A DNA stretch of 64,000 nt from Setoptus koraiensis (GCA_048013815.1 CM106586.1:1550001-1614000), one strand, 5' to 3'; numbered from the stretch's first letter, positions 26,987-41,342 are shown. A program made the numbers and translations. The notes: a model not told the origin generated them from the sequence alone.

Positions 26987-29900
26987 ATGAATTTGCTACA
27001 GTTTGTCACAAAGTATAAGCTACCAATTTTTTTATTCATCGTTGCAAGTTTGCTAATTTTATGCCACCAAACTATCATAATAATCTTTATTAGAATCAGC
27101 TCGCATCAGATCAAATCAATTGATCATGTAAACGTATCGAGAAAAGATTTGCCAAATGTGATAGAGGATCTCAGTAATGATGTCACCACAACCACACCAG
27201 TAGCAACTACAACCGGCCAGCCAACCGAAGATTGGTCCCATGAAGCAAGCGGAACAATAATACCGAGCTCTGATGCAAGCCTCAATTGGCGTCAATACAA
27301 CCAGCAACAACAGCAGCAACAACAGCAGCAACAACAACTGCAACAGATGAGTAATTTTGAGGATGCCAATTTGGAATGGTTCCGCTCCAAGAGACACAGC
27401 GACCTTGCCGGCGCACAAGCATCAGTGGCTCGGCGTCTTTCTCTAAATGGGGCCAGGCCGACCAAAAACAACAACAGCCAACAAGTAACGAAGGGCATTT
27501 TGTTTCCGGATGTAATTAACATAGCTTACATAAATTACACAAAAGTGGAGGCCAGCGCCACTTGCGGGCAAGGCATTGACCAGCCGGAGATGTACTGTCA
27601 GCTGGTGGGGGGTTACTCGGTATTCAAGACAGATGACATAAAAGAGGTGAGTGTGGCAATTTCATCCAAATCTAATCCAAATCTCACCCAAATCAAATCC
27701 CATTAAACTCATGACGACTTTGCAAGTTACTCACCTGTAATCTCTGCGTTCAACCGTTCGTTCTCGATGGCACTCCATTATCAGGGCCAACATTGTGACC
27801 TATGCGTGAACGATCGCAGCTCAAATAAGTCACACGACGTTGAAAACATATTTTTGCATGACGATAGATGGTGGATGTCCCCGCCACTGTCGCGGGGCCT
27901 GCAATACAAACAGATCAACGTGACCATGAGCTTCAATCAGGCCTTTGAAATCGATTATCTCATACTGACCATGGCCAATTCGCCGAGGCCCGATATTTGG
28001 ATTTTGGACAAATCGATGGACTTTGGTGAAACGTGGCAAGTGTGGCAATATTTTACCACAAGTTCGGACAATTGTCAGGAGTATTTTGGGAATATTCCTC
28101 TGCGTATAGAGAAAGAGGACACGGTTATTTGCACGGGCGAATATTCGAGCATTTTCCCCTTGGAGAAAGCTGAAATTCCCATAAGTTTAATAAAGAACAG
28201 GCCCAAAACAGATTTGAGCGCCTTCTTGCGCTTCATCACTGCCACCAATATTAGGCTGAGATTTATAAAGCCAAAAACAGCGTCAGGTACGCCACTGGAA
28301 TCAAATACCCGGCCCGGCATAAATAGGCGCATATTTTACAGCATACAATCAATAGATATTGCGGCCCGGTGCACGTGTAACGGGCACGCGGACAGATGCG
28401 ACATGATGCAACAATCGTTGTATGTTGACGTGGACGACAACAGCGCTGCACAATTGCTCAATCAGACCGTGCTTGTTCCAAACAGTGTGCGCAACAATCG
28501 TTGGCGGCGACAATTTCCGGTCACCACAACGCAGCCGGACAGCATAATGAAATGTCACTGCTTACATAACACCCAAGGTGACCAGTGTGACCAGTGCAAG
28601 GAGCCCTTCGTGCAGAAGCGCTGGAGGCCAGCCTATGATGTGACGCAATCATTGGCCAAAGTTCATTTGGGCGACAACTCATCGGGCGCGGGCTCGGGGG
28701 CGGGCAGATGGACGCAGTGGTCAGCAACCATGAAACAGTCGGCCGTATTTCAATGTGAGCCTTGCAATTGTCACAACCATTCAGACAAGTGCCAATACAA
28801 TGCAACCGTGGACAAACTGAAGCTCAGCATGGACGTGCACGGCCAAATGGACGGCGGGGGCGTTTGCTTGCAGTGCCAGCACAACACAACGGGCGTCAAT
28901 TGCAACAAGTGCCTAGAGGGCTTCTATCATCCGTTGGATCGCGATTGGACGGACCCCATGGCATGTGTGCCGTGCGATTGCGACCCGCGATACACCACGG
29001 GCCAGTGCGACATCAATGGGCACTGTGAGTGCAAGCCAGAATATCTGGGCAAAAGACAGTGTGCCCAATGCAAGAGTGGGTATTATGGGGACAATTCGAA
29101 GAAAACTTGCAAACAATGCGATTGTAATTCGCAGGGCACCCAGGCCTGCGACTCGCAAACTGGTGCCTGTAAGTGCAAAAACAACGTCATTGGCCAGCGC
29201 TGCGACCAATGTGTGTCCAATTATTTCGGGCTCCATCTGGGTCTGGGCTGCAGGCCGTGCAATTGTGGGGCCGGCTCGCACTCGGCCCAGTGCAATCTCA
29301 TCACGGGCCAGTGTTTGTGTCGCAAGGGCGTTATGGGGCGCCAGTGTGACCAGTGCGATTATGATCATTTCAATTATAACGCCAGCTTGGGCACTTGCCA
29401 AAAGTGTCAGTGTCACTCAAATTTGTCCTATTACAACGACATTATCCAACGCAATAATCAGCTAATGTTGCTGCACGCCTCGTCGTCGTCATCTGGCCTC
29501 ACAAACATGCTACAGCCTTTTGGTAGTGGCAGCAACCTGAGCGCAATACAACAAGCAACCAACGGCAATTATAGAGACAAAATGGATCAGACACAAATGG
29601 AGCGATTGTGCGACCCGTACGACGGCCGCTGTAGCTGCAAAAAGAACGTCGAAGGCTTACGTTGCGACAGGTGCAAAGAGCGATATATCGTCGACCAACA
29701 CAACACAGGCTGCAAGGCTTGCGAGGGCCAATGTCTGGAGGAATTGTTTGGAAAATTAGATTTAATTAGATACACACTGGACGACACTATCAGCCACGTC
29801 AATCAGAGCAAAGCGAACAAACTCAAAATGGAAAAAGTCAACGAATGGAGCAGACAAGTGCACGATTTTACGCAATATTTTGCCGCATCACGCCAACAGC

Positions 29901-32692
29901 TGGCAACCAGTATTAGAGGCTTTGCACGTGCCATAAACGTAACAATTATACCCGAGGATTTTAGCAATCACTTAATTATGTTCAACACGAGCCATTTAAC
30001 GCTGGCAGGACAAAATATGAGCAGTCTCAGTAAGCGATTGCAACAATTGGATGAGCTGTATTCGGCCGGCGAAAGGATAAACAGAATTGAGGCCATCAAA
30101 GGCGAACTCAGAAACAAACTGTTGCGAGTCAATCAAATCACAATGAGCAGTCTCAGCATCGATGCACACATTTGGAGCATAATGGATCGCTACTATAAAT
30201 TTATGTCGCAATTTGGAGTTCCCCAATTGGTGGACAGTGCAAATGTGGCCCGTAATGGCGTCATTGTAGCCGATTCCAGCGATACCAATGACACAAAAAA
30301 CGAAGAGGAAATCAAAACGAAGATTCTGGAATTTCAGACGGCAATGAACGCGACTAGAAAGTTGAAAGATTCTCAATGGCTGGCTTTTCCGTTGTACAAC
30401 ATCAATGCAAAACTTACGCCCGAAGTGGACTGGTTTCGAGCTGAGTTCGAGCGAGCCTTGCAGCAGTCTGTGAATTTACGCGAACAATTGCTAGAAAGAG
30501 GCTACCAGGAGATATTCAAAATCTTGCTTAGCGACTATGCAAGCTTAAATTCCGTTGTAGACACAACAAGAGCTCTCATTCGTGAGAATATTGATTTGTC
30601 AACCAACGACGATAAACACCAAATAGTGAGCTTGAGAGGAGCCACACGCAAACTCGACACTCTGGCTGCTGATCTCGACAGCTATAAGACCAAAATCGCC
30701 GACGCTTCAACTTTAATCAAGCGCGTGATAAACAAAGCTCGCATAGTGGACGATTATCTATCCAAAGAGTCCTACCTGAGCATCGGAATCAATTTGATCA
30801 AACTGACAAACGAGAACAATCGCAAACAAAAGGCTACATTGGACAGTGTTTTGGGCGAGAAGAAATTGGAAAAATTGCAACAAGAGGCCCAAAATGAGAA
30901 CGTTAAACTGCAAAATTTACTTAAGCCATACGACAATTATCGCTATCTGTTGTTTGATGCCAACAGTACAATGAGCTCATTGCTGCAATTGAACCAGACA
31001 GTCGCCAAAACTGTCGAAAATAACGGTATTGTGCTGAAGAGAATTCGCTCCGATAGCGACAAATTGATTGCTAGTTTGCCGACGAGTGGCAAAAATAGCC
31101 AATCAATAAGCCAACTTACTATTGCCACAAAAATTATGCAAAGCACTCTGAATGAATCACGCGAAAAAATAGATAAATTGATGGGTAGCGACTTTGATGC
31201 TCTAAATAGCGACTATGTTTATTTGGTGAATGCAACAAAACGATTGTCCCATTTAGCCACAGAAGGCATGCAAAGTGTCAAAGTGTTTGAACGAAAATTC
31301 AACCAGTTCCAACAAACAGTAAACAAACTCAATCTGTCGGCCAGAGGCGCTTCGTTGAAATGGCTTGCACTATTGGCGAGGGTGCGTAAAATTGGTGAGA
31401 ATTTCAATTCAATTCAGAGGGATAGAAGTTCAGTGAATCGAACACAATCGAGAGTGAGCTCAATGTTGGCATCGCTGAACAAACAGAAAGAATATTCTAA
31501 ATTAATGGGTTACGGCACAATTATACTACAACCGGAACAACAGCAGAATATCCAATTAGACATGCTAAAACAGCCCAGCGGGACCACCAGTTTCATTGGC
31601 AAGGGTGAACTAGTAATGAACAAGTTGGAAAAAAATTTTGCGAGCCTCAGAGAAGATGTAGAGACAACACGAAACATTGTGAACAAACTGAGAGTTGGGG
31701 CCCAATTCAATGGAACCAATTGCGTCAGATTGCGCCCTTCCAACGGTAGTTATGTGGGCCAGACAGGCGACACAGCAAGAGAGCAACAATTGAATCTGAC
31801 AGCCATGGTTAAGACAAGCGCTCAAGAGGGCGTTATAATGTTCTTGGGTATGCCCAAACAGATAACTAATTACCGATTTGACAGATGGCAAGATGCAAAA
31901 CAGCAAGCACAACAAATGTCAATGGGCAACAGCAGCAACACATTCAAGTGGCCATTCTTGGACAGTGGCCAGATGTTGTCCGATCATCGTCAGTTGCTGT
32001 ACGAAGATTACATAATTTTGTGGCTCAACAGGGGCAAGTTGGTTGCGAATGTGTCCTGTCAGGGGCGCCGCATATTGCATAAAGACACCGAGATAGATAT
32101 AAGCGACGACAAGTGGCATAGAATAACGTTCGAAAGTAGACCGGACCAAGCAAGCGACAAATCAACTAATCAAAATCAAATAATCAAAATCAAAGTTTTC
32201 GACCAAGAGGGTGAAGCCTCGATTGTTTCAACCAGACTAGAGTCATCCATCAACAAGAGCAACACGTCCTCTTGCATAATATCTAAATTCATCCAAGTTT
32301 ACAAGCAAGCCTCTGACCAGTCAGCCGAAAGTGACCCGGGGCTGGCCCATTTGTACGTTGGGGCCGCTCCCATTGATCGTGTGAGCCAGCGAATGGGGCG
32401 ACGTTCTCTGAGGAACAAATTGTCGTTTTATGCAAGCGAGGATGCAAGCGTTCATTCGAATAATACAAGGCGGTCACGAAGACACGACAATTTCGTTGGA
32501 AGCATCTACGATATTAGAGTCAACGATATGCAATTAAATGTTTGGAATTTCGACACCAGCAGCCCGTCGGACTATCCGACCAACATCTATCATAGAGGAC
32601 AGCACAAATTTGCCCAGACGATGCCCTCCAATTGCGGCCAATGGAGACCCAATGCGGACTATGTACCGTTCGACGAAATAAGTGCCAATTGA
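26987..32692 (+). CDS. LanA: Laminin alpha chain (LanA/alpha3,5 type), strongly shortened to ~1855 aa, join(26987..27646,27785..32692)
   Basis: Phase-0 intron 27647-27784. LN domain (ATCG..PEMYCQLVG, WWMSPPLSRG, MANSPRP, WQVWQYF, YSIQSIDIAARCTCNGHA), about six LE modules including LSMDVHGQMDGGGVC, a long coiled coil, and one LG module before the stop. Confidence 0.9.
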
Positions 32693-33773
32693 GGTAATTA
32701 TACACAACAAACAATCTCTCTGTTACATTAGCTCTCTGGTCGCATTGTCTTGTCATTGTTGGTTTGCTAAATTAAAGATCAGCTTGTGCATGGTATTACT
32801 ACTTATTATATTACTAATTATTATTATTATTGATTCAGCAACAGCGACGAATGCTAATCAGCGCGCAACCACGACAACAAACTATTAACAAGGTATTACA
32901 TTGTATGTTTATGCTCTTGTTTATCATCTCATACGCAAGGTGATTAGTTTCAGGGGAGAGGCTATTGCGATGCGAAAAAGATGATGCTGCTGATGAGGCG
33001 AGAGGTGCGTTATATGCGTTGTTTTCATCAATTGTTGTTCTTATCGTGAGCCCGTCCAATTTTAGCTTGGTATTACCATTTGTTTATACTTGTCAATTGG
33101 TCAATTCCAATTAACAAAATCCCAATTAGCTTAAATGATGATTTAGCTTCATCAATGATGCGTTGCTCGCACCTATGAATGTAAATAATAATCAATGATT
33201 CCTTCACATCCTGAATTGTGATTGTTTCCGATGAATGTGTGCGCCAGTGTGTGAGTTTGTGTTCCCTTCAAAAGCTCATATCCGATGTATGTGTGAGAAT
33301 AAGTGTGAGTGTGTGTGTGTGTGTAATCGAGTTGTTAGTTGTTGTGTTTCCAATAATTAGACAATCAATTAATTAATTAACTTAGGCCAGTCGACTGACC
33401 ATCGACTGCAGATTAGCTATAAAATATATGCATATATGTAACTTCTCTACTTTGGTCTCTCCCTTTCTCTCTTTCTCTCTCTCTCCGTCTGTCTGTCTGT
33501 CTATTTGTCTTTGCCTCAGTATCTTTCCTTTTCTCTGTTTGTCGTGTTTATGTGACTAACTTGAGTCTGTTACATAATCTGGGCCCCAACTGGCTTCATG
33601 ATTAGCTGGTTGTAAGCGATTCATATGTGAATATGACAATGATGATAATGATGAATTGATAACAATGATGAACGACCATGACGTAATGATGATAGGCGAC
33701 TATTTCTATTACTAATGACCCTATTACTAACTCACTAGTAATCACCAACTCACTAATGACTCACTAATGATTG

Positions 33774-35359
33774 TCAGTAATGAGATTGTACTGCATCTCT
33801 GCTCATATCACTACTGCTGCCAATTCGATTCAATAATGCTGCACCATCGCCATTTGATCTAGCCTTCTTTGCCAATTCATCTGGGGCCTCTTCCGGTGCT
33901 AATCTGTTGTCCACTGATCGTTTGCCCCACATACCGCGCAATTTATTCCAGCGAGTATTCTCAATTCGTTTGCCCATATTATCCGGTACATTGCTGCCCG
34001 TATATGATCTTGTTTGAATAGAGTTGCTAGTTCTGCCCAATAGGCCGCCCATAGACTGAAGTCTGGGCTGTTTAGCGGTCCAATCGCGACTCTCAATGGG
34101 AATTCGCGTTGCTTTAGGCCTAGAGTTTGAATTTGATCTGAATGAATCAAAATAAAACGCAATCAATGGCTTACTTTTCGATGTTGTCGAAGTGCTCTTA
34201 GATTGTCTTGTTTGCATGTGTCTATGCGCTGGCAAATACAATTTGCCATTGATGCCATGCCTCAGATATTCTTTAGAGTCTTGGTGTCGTTTCTCGATTG
34301 AACCGCTTTCGTCGTCTCCAATTATCAGGCCCGATCGAGGGTCCAATTGTTGATTCAAAACAAAATCAGCATCAATATCGTGCTGAGCGGGCCAAAAATG
34401 GTTGTCGTGTTTGTCGTTTTCGTGCTCATAATAGGTGGCTTTTAGCATCTTTTTCATTGTCAATGATCTCATTAATTGCGTTTCCATATTGTCCAACAGA
34501 GCCAACAGTTTGTCAACAATGACCTCCTTGTCCACAGCGCCATTGTCTAGAACGTTGTCGTTGAATGAAGTCAAACTAACCGCCTCTGTTGCAGGTGATT
34601 CCTCGGGCCCCAGAGTCAGTTGATTTAATTGTTCAGCATTTGTGATATTGTTGTTGTTGCTTTGGGCAGCCAATATATTGCTGATAATTGTCAAAAGTGC
34701 CTGCTCTTCGGCCTGTTGCGGTAGCTGTTTGTTGGACACCGTAGTGTCAAACCTATTGTTGTTGTGACGTGGCACTCTATCACCAGTTAGATTTTCATTC
34801 ATTGTTTGCGCATCATGCAGGGAATCGTACAATTTTTGTTGGCCTGCGTGATTGCGATTAAAATTGTAGATCAAAAAAGGATAAAATTGAGGATACAAAC
34901 ACAATGGTCAGTTTGCTTTATCATTATTGGGCCCGCTTCTGCGAGTTGTCAAGTTGACCTTTGTCATTTATTATCAGTATCATCATCATTGTAATTATTA
35001 TTACAATTGTTATTAGTGATTGACAATCACTGGCTCAGTGGAAACTCACCTGGGCCCATTGAGGGACTGACCATGTCGATGGTGGACATGGTGAGTTTGT
35101 CGTTGTTGTTTGCTGCTATTGCTGCTGCTGTTGCGGGCTCGTCAATGAGAGCACGTTCCAATTGATTGTTTGTGGCCGCAACAACGGATTGAATACTCAT
35201 AATTGACATATTCATCATTAGTGCCACTAGTGCCGATGCTAGCATCAACATGATGAGTTTCCGGTAAATGAACTTGTTTGTCACAATGAGATTAGTTGAA
35301 ATATGAGCCAAGCGCTCACTTGATTGGACTGGCAATTGTCGACTTGCTTTGTTCATCAT
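33774..35359 (-). CDS. Mip: Myoinhibitory peptide (MIP/allatostatin-B) precursor, join(complement 35050..35359,33774..34843)
   Basis: Phase-1 GT-AG intron 34844-35049 joins a signal-peptide exon (LIMLMLASALVALMM..VVAA) to an exon containing KR-IENTRWNKLRGMW-GKR, which is the W(X6)W-amide signature with amidation and dibasic signals. Confidence 0.8.
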
Positions 35360-38300
35360 TGTTGTTGTTGCTGATTGTTGTCTATTGTCATTGATATTGT
35401 TTTTCTGTTTGTTATTTCGCTTGCTTGTTGTGATCTATGGTACAATCATGGCGGTGATAGCTCTTGATGAGACCGCAGTTGCTCTGATTTATTACTTTCT
35501 AGTCTATGTAAGTATTTGCGTGTTGTCTGCAAGTTTGTTCGCCTCGCCTCGCCTCGGCTCAATCAATCAACTGACTATTGGATAACACTTTGCGAAGGCG
35601 ATAAACTTTGCTCACATGGAACATTATATATATATATATGATTAATTGAATACTATATATATTAATTTAAACTGCTCACTGGATCATCGATTCAGGGACA
35701 TTATGAGGCCCTCGTTTTGAGCCAATCATGATGACATTGTTTCATTGTTGCTGCTGTTGCCAATGACTCGAATCTGTTTATCTCGAAATTTGGATATTTA
35801 AATATCTGAATAATCGCGAGTAAGGCATGACTAAAGCATTTGTGTTGTATAATTTGTTTTATTGTGTGTGTGTCTGCCCGGATCTAGCGAATGTTGTGAC
35901 CCCAGTGAAAGTTTAGAAAGAATGTAAAGCTGTCGTATATTTCCAGAATGTGCTCCCTCACTGCGCTCACTTGTAACCAATTAGTATGTGCGTACGTGAA
36001 TCCATCAAATTGATATATCGGCATATATATATATTTATATGCACAAAGAAAGTTTGCCGCCCCCATCGTGGCAGCAGTTGCTGGAAAATCGTGCGAATCG
36101 ATTATAACAATTCGCATGCGCTCTCACAGATATTCAATATCTATGTGCGGGCGCTTGCTGCCAGCCGGGCCCCTTTCAATCTATTTCGGCCCACTCTGGT
36201 TCACATTTGGGCGCCCACATTGGCGCAGCCTGGATTGTTTGCCAGCGCGAGTATTGGCGAGATTGCGCAATGGCAGCACAGATAAACAGTGCAAATGTAA
36301 GAGTAAATGATGACTGAACAGTTCACTTGGATGGCCCACAGAATGCTCATTATCGACAAAAAGAATATTCAATCATTGTGTTTGGCATGCTAATGTTCAA
36401 TTTTAATCCGCTTAGTTATTTCGCATGTGCCACTGGTGCCTCTGGTTAGTGGCTCGTAGGCGTAGTTGCAACTTGCAACAACGATCGCATCGACGATGGG
36501 ATTACAACCTGATTATTCTGATAGCTCCCACAATGCCTGATCCAGCTTAATTAATTGGTCATTAATACCCAGATAGATACTTCACTTGTCTTAGTTCATG
36601 ATACTACTAATAATGTCTCTATTTAATAGAGTCTATTAAATTCATTTGCCATACACACACACACACACACGCTCACGAATGCTAATCAATGATAGTTAAT
36701 TAAACTTACTCATCGCAATCGATTTTATTTTATGGCCACTGTTCGGTCTGTTATTGTTTTGCTTTGCTCAGCGACGATTTTTCCCACATCCGGCTCGCTC
36801 ACAACAAAATATTGTGCTGGTTGGAGGCCCTCCGACGTTGCAAACAATAACAATGTATCGACTGTTTCCATTCTAACATTCTTGTTACATGGCTTTGTGT
36901 TGTGCATGGCTAGTCGCTTAGATTTTGCAGAGCTTCGCAAACATGGCGCCCCCTACTAGCTGATATACTGATACCAACACTGCTGACAATGAAATTGGCA
37001 GTGGTTGGCAATGAGATTGACTCCAAGTGACAAAAGTAGCAACCATTAACGTGTGCCACGTATTATTGCCACGTATCATTGGAACGGGATATCGTGGTGT
37101 CCAACTGTTCGCCACTATTAGGCCGAACAGTTGAATGCTGTTAGCTGATCAATTTGTCTATCACCTTGGCATTATCATGGACCACTGACGCTAATATCGC
37201 TCGCTCGATTTGGCCCGTTTAGCCCTCATATGTCGAAATAGGCTGGCGCTGTTGAGAATATTTAATTTGCACACTGTTGACACTCGTATAGTGGTGGCAG
37301 TTTCCATCAGTTCACATTAGACTGGACATTAGATCACATAGCTGATATTGAGCCTGGATGAGCTAATATTGAGCTTTGGATAGTTCGATTAGAGGGGCAC
37401 CAAATTGAATCCTAATTAATATATTCATCGCTCACTATATTGACCGGTCACACATTTGTCGCCATCGGGCCTCATGATTAGTGGCAGTGAGCGAACCAGT
37501 AGCAATTCTCTTACCCACGGCCATCTAAATTCACCATGAGTTGTCCGGACTTCGGACAGGCCTTGTGCCTCAAAATGCCACCTGGTTCGCCTATTACACC
37601 CGTTTCGCTGCATTACAGCCCCGTTTTTACACATTTGTGACCCTCGGTACGGGCCGGACGGGCGATTTCGATGAGTTAGCTACGGCGCAGAGAAATCAGC
37701 GTAAGCCCACTCGTGATGTCCCGCCAAGGGCGAACTGTATACAGTAACAGAGTAACACAAATGACAATCCAACGGAGGCAGCTTGCTTGGAATTTCGGGG
37801 TCAGTTGGGCCGCATATTGGCGGAGCCGCGAGTGAAAACTGGCGATGCGAATGTTTGCCTAATATGGCTGAGTGAGTCACGCGTCGCAGGCCGCATGTTG
37901 GTTGAAATGGCCTTGATGACGGATTAAATATAGATAGAGACAAATCAGTCATCAGTGTGTCGCCCATTAGATAATGAGCTTCAATTAGAGTCGGTTTCCT
38001 TCGGATTTTCGAATTGAATTTGGTCGCTCGTAAAATTCACACACATTCATGCTTGAATTGGTCCATCTATTTCGATATATCGAATATTCGACGATGATTA
38101 GATTGAGATGAGTGGAGATTATCTATTCGCGTTGAGCTATCATACCGATTATGCAGGAGCGCGCCTGATCATAAATGTCACCACTGGCGTGTCTAGAGGA
38201 GCCATTCAAGTAGCATAATCCTCAAACTGTTCACCTTTTTTACTCTTATGCGTGCCACTGTTCTGCGTAATTGTGTCTCGTCTTGTCCGCAAACTGTCTA

Positions 38301-39999
38301 CTCGTGTCTCGGCGATCGTGTTTGTTCACGTGCAAAATAAGTAGGTGCTGCTGGGTGGATCGACCGACAAACAAACAGCCGGAGAGAATCAAGTTGTCAG
38401 TTTTGTGTCAAGCGATTACCATTCTTCTCTGTCGCAGAACCCACATCACTCATCAACGTCACAACACTCACACTTTCTGCGTTATGTCTCCATCAATTAC
38501 TTGTCTATATCGATTTTGCTGTGTTTTAAGGTCACAAAGACGCAGAAAAATCTAAAGCAGACAGAACAATCTAAAGCATATTGCAAGAGTGTCATCTTAC
38601 GCTGCATCCAGCCACCTTTAAAACAAAACATAACGAAACACTCAACTATTGCATGTATTGAGTTAGCGCAAAACAGAGCTGGGGCCAAATCATCGCACCT
38701 GGTCGGGTTTGCAGAAGCCTGGTGCATAAGCGAAAACAATTTGCTCACGTGTTGGTGAGCTGATTATTGACTATTGATTAGGCGATTCTTTTTATTTATT
38801 GCGATGAAAAGAATCCAGGTGCAGTCATGGTGCACGTGAACAACAAGAGATTAGAGTGATAAGATGAGAAAGGGTTAGTGCTTGCTTATCTGTGATAGTG
38901 CAAACAAACAGATATTTCAGTTGGTGCCAAATGAGATCCCACTGGAATTCGCGCATCGCTGTTGAACAAACGCCAACCTCAGTTATGCGAATTGCTATTT
39001 GTCGTTTTTTTCGAGCCGCTATTTTTGCCGCTATTTATGTGCATATTGTTGATCGTTTTCCAAGATTAAACACACGAATTGGCTTTAGAACGAGTGAGCC
39101 AGTCACTAGGCTCTGCAGCTTTCGGAGCTTGCGAAATACAATTCGGTTCAATTGTAGTGCGCAATAGTGAGGGCCCGCATGCTCGCTGGCACAACGGAAT
39201 GGTCGCATGACACTTGCTATCTCTACTGTTTTCTTATCTTCTCTGTGGGACAAAATCGAGCTCGCTATCTGCATTCAGCGGCCCCGACACATGGGTTCTT
39301 TGTTCTCCACTTGAACGGCCCGTTGAACTGATCGAACGTGGCGGATTTATCACATTCACGACTTTCATTCAGGCTGGATTTGAAAAATTCCCAGTCGGAA
39401 TTTTCGACTAACAGTGTCACTTGCTTGTGAATAAACTCAATTGGTGTTACATTGGCGAATTAAAATGGCCCCTACAGCCCTTTCTTCGCACTGATTCTAT
39501 TTCATTTTTCACTCGGGCAGTATTCTATCGTGAAAACTCTCTTGCAGGTTGTTAGATTGTCCGATTTTGAGTTTCTCGCCGATGCGAAACAATTTTATTG
39601 AGTAGCCTGTTGAGAAAGACTCACAAGGAACTCGACTTACAAGAGCTGATAGACTCAGATTGAATCCTCCTTAGTCTAGATCGACTCAACTCGACGAGCT
39701 GACAAGGAAGGCTCCCGGGGTGATACACTCAGATCTAAAAATGAGTGTATTGGTTGAATAGAACTCGTCTCCCTGAACAGGGAAACATCTGTCTTTTCCC
39801 CGTTATTTTTTTGTTTTTTGGGAATCTTCGCAAAATTTTTTTCTTATTGGTAATGAATTAAACATGAACTGCTTAAGTTTTAATCGTCGATATTTCACGC
39901 GTTACACTCTAATTTGTTTACAACTCTTGTTGCGGCACACGTCACCATCAAGAGTGTCAATCTGACTTAAATTCACTTGGGAGGTGGGGTATCAACCTT

Positions 40000-40175
40000 C
40001 CATTCCTAGTTTGGCTGATATCGGCCATTATTGGGCACATGTGCCCATACAGTATGAGCCATTATTGAGACTGTTCTCATCAGGATAGTCTCATGAAACT
40101 TTCTAGAGACAGTTAGCACTGTGAACACGATCTGTGCAAGTCTAATCAACTTTTCATTTCTAGTTTGGCTGGTGT
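40000..40175 (-). repeat. ~155-bp repeat unit, inverted relative of the 49875..50130 repeat
   Basis: CTAGTTTGGC recurs at 40006 and 40160. The reverse complement shares gattagacttgcacagatcgtg and ctgtctctagaaagtttca with 49875..50031. Confidence 0.75.
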
Positions 40176-40406
40176 CGGCTGATATCGAGCAAATAGGTTC
40201 ATTCAGAATGTGCCATTTTTGAAACTGCTCTCACCAGTAGATTCCCATGAAAATCCAATAAGAAGACAGCAAGCACAATTTTATATACAGTGTTCTCATT
40301 CACTTCCACTCATTACTACGTAACAAACTATCTAAACACCTAAGATCATTCACTAGAAAAATTGAGCGCTTTTATACTGGTATAATCTATATAACTTGTT
40401 TTTTTG

Positions 40407-41342
40407 GGGTGTAGTAGCGAACAACGACCAAGCCCGATTTCCTTCAAACTCCACACAAGGGCCGCGAAGCGGCCCTAGAGAACATTTTTGGAGGTCCGGA
40501 AGTGCGGAAATTCCTACTTCCGGAGATACGGGAAAAAGCATTTTCCGGGCCTCAGGAGTGCCCCAGACTGAAAATTCTGGTATTTTCGAATAGGTCCAGT
40601 TGTCACCTTCAACATGCAGTTGCGATCCAACCTCTATAATCATCCACTCAGGAGATATCTACCATTCACTGTTGGACCAACTTCCGGTCACGCAATTTGA
40701 GTCACATCTGACGTCTCGAAAGCCGCACTCAGCTTATCACGCATTCGCATTGTTTCTGGTGTTCGGGTGTGTGACAATTACTCGGCCGAAGGCCGGGGTT
40801 TTCGGTTCGAGCGAAGGTTGAGGGCGAAGCCTTCAACCCGAAGCGAGGCAAGCTCGCGAGGCCGAAGGCCGAGTCGGTAAAGATCGAAATAGGGGTCAGT
40901 ACGAGTGGAGTTCCACGAGGTGGAAAGCGTCGAAAAAGTTAGGGCTCAGCCTTTATTCAATTTTCATCATCCTCAGTAGTGCTAGAACTTGGTGGGTCGT
41001 CTCACCAACTGCGGGCGCAGTTTCACTCCGCGCCGCGCGCATCGGCCACGCCTCTTCAGTTTGACCGCTTTTATTCGCTTCCTGTGGCTTCTAAGAATGA
41101 TCTTCCTTCGGTGTGAGGATCTCAATATCTGACCGGATGTCCGAGCGGGTAGGTACGGCCGACTTTACCCTCAATATGCCTTCAAATACCCTAAAATGCC
41201 CAGTATGCGGTACCTCGGGTATCTCGGTAACGAAGAATTTCCGCACTTCCGGAATATCTGTTCGGGTATCAGGGTACAATACCCTACCCAAAAATACCCG
41301 AAATACCCAAATTGGGCGTGGTCGCTGTTCGCTACTATAACC
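40407..41342 (+). mobile_element. Non-autonomous TIR element, copy 1 (936 bp)
   Basis: TIRs gggtgtagtagcgaacaacgaccaagccc and (rc) ggttatagtagcgaacagcgaccacgccc. 8-bp TSD tttttttg at 40399-40406 and 41343-41350. Confidence 0.85.

Noticed and set aside
28913-29465. Antisense and alternative-frame ORFs over the laminin LE region (and similar ones over ABCD3, env and SNX13)
   Set aside because: Shadow ORFs of confirmed coding sequences.
37400-38000. GC-richer block considered as a structured ncRNA (RNase P/MRP, SRP, snRNA)
   Set aside because: I found none of the conserved signature motifs, only short hairpins.
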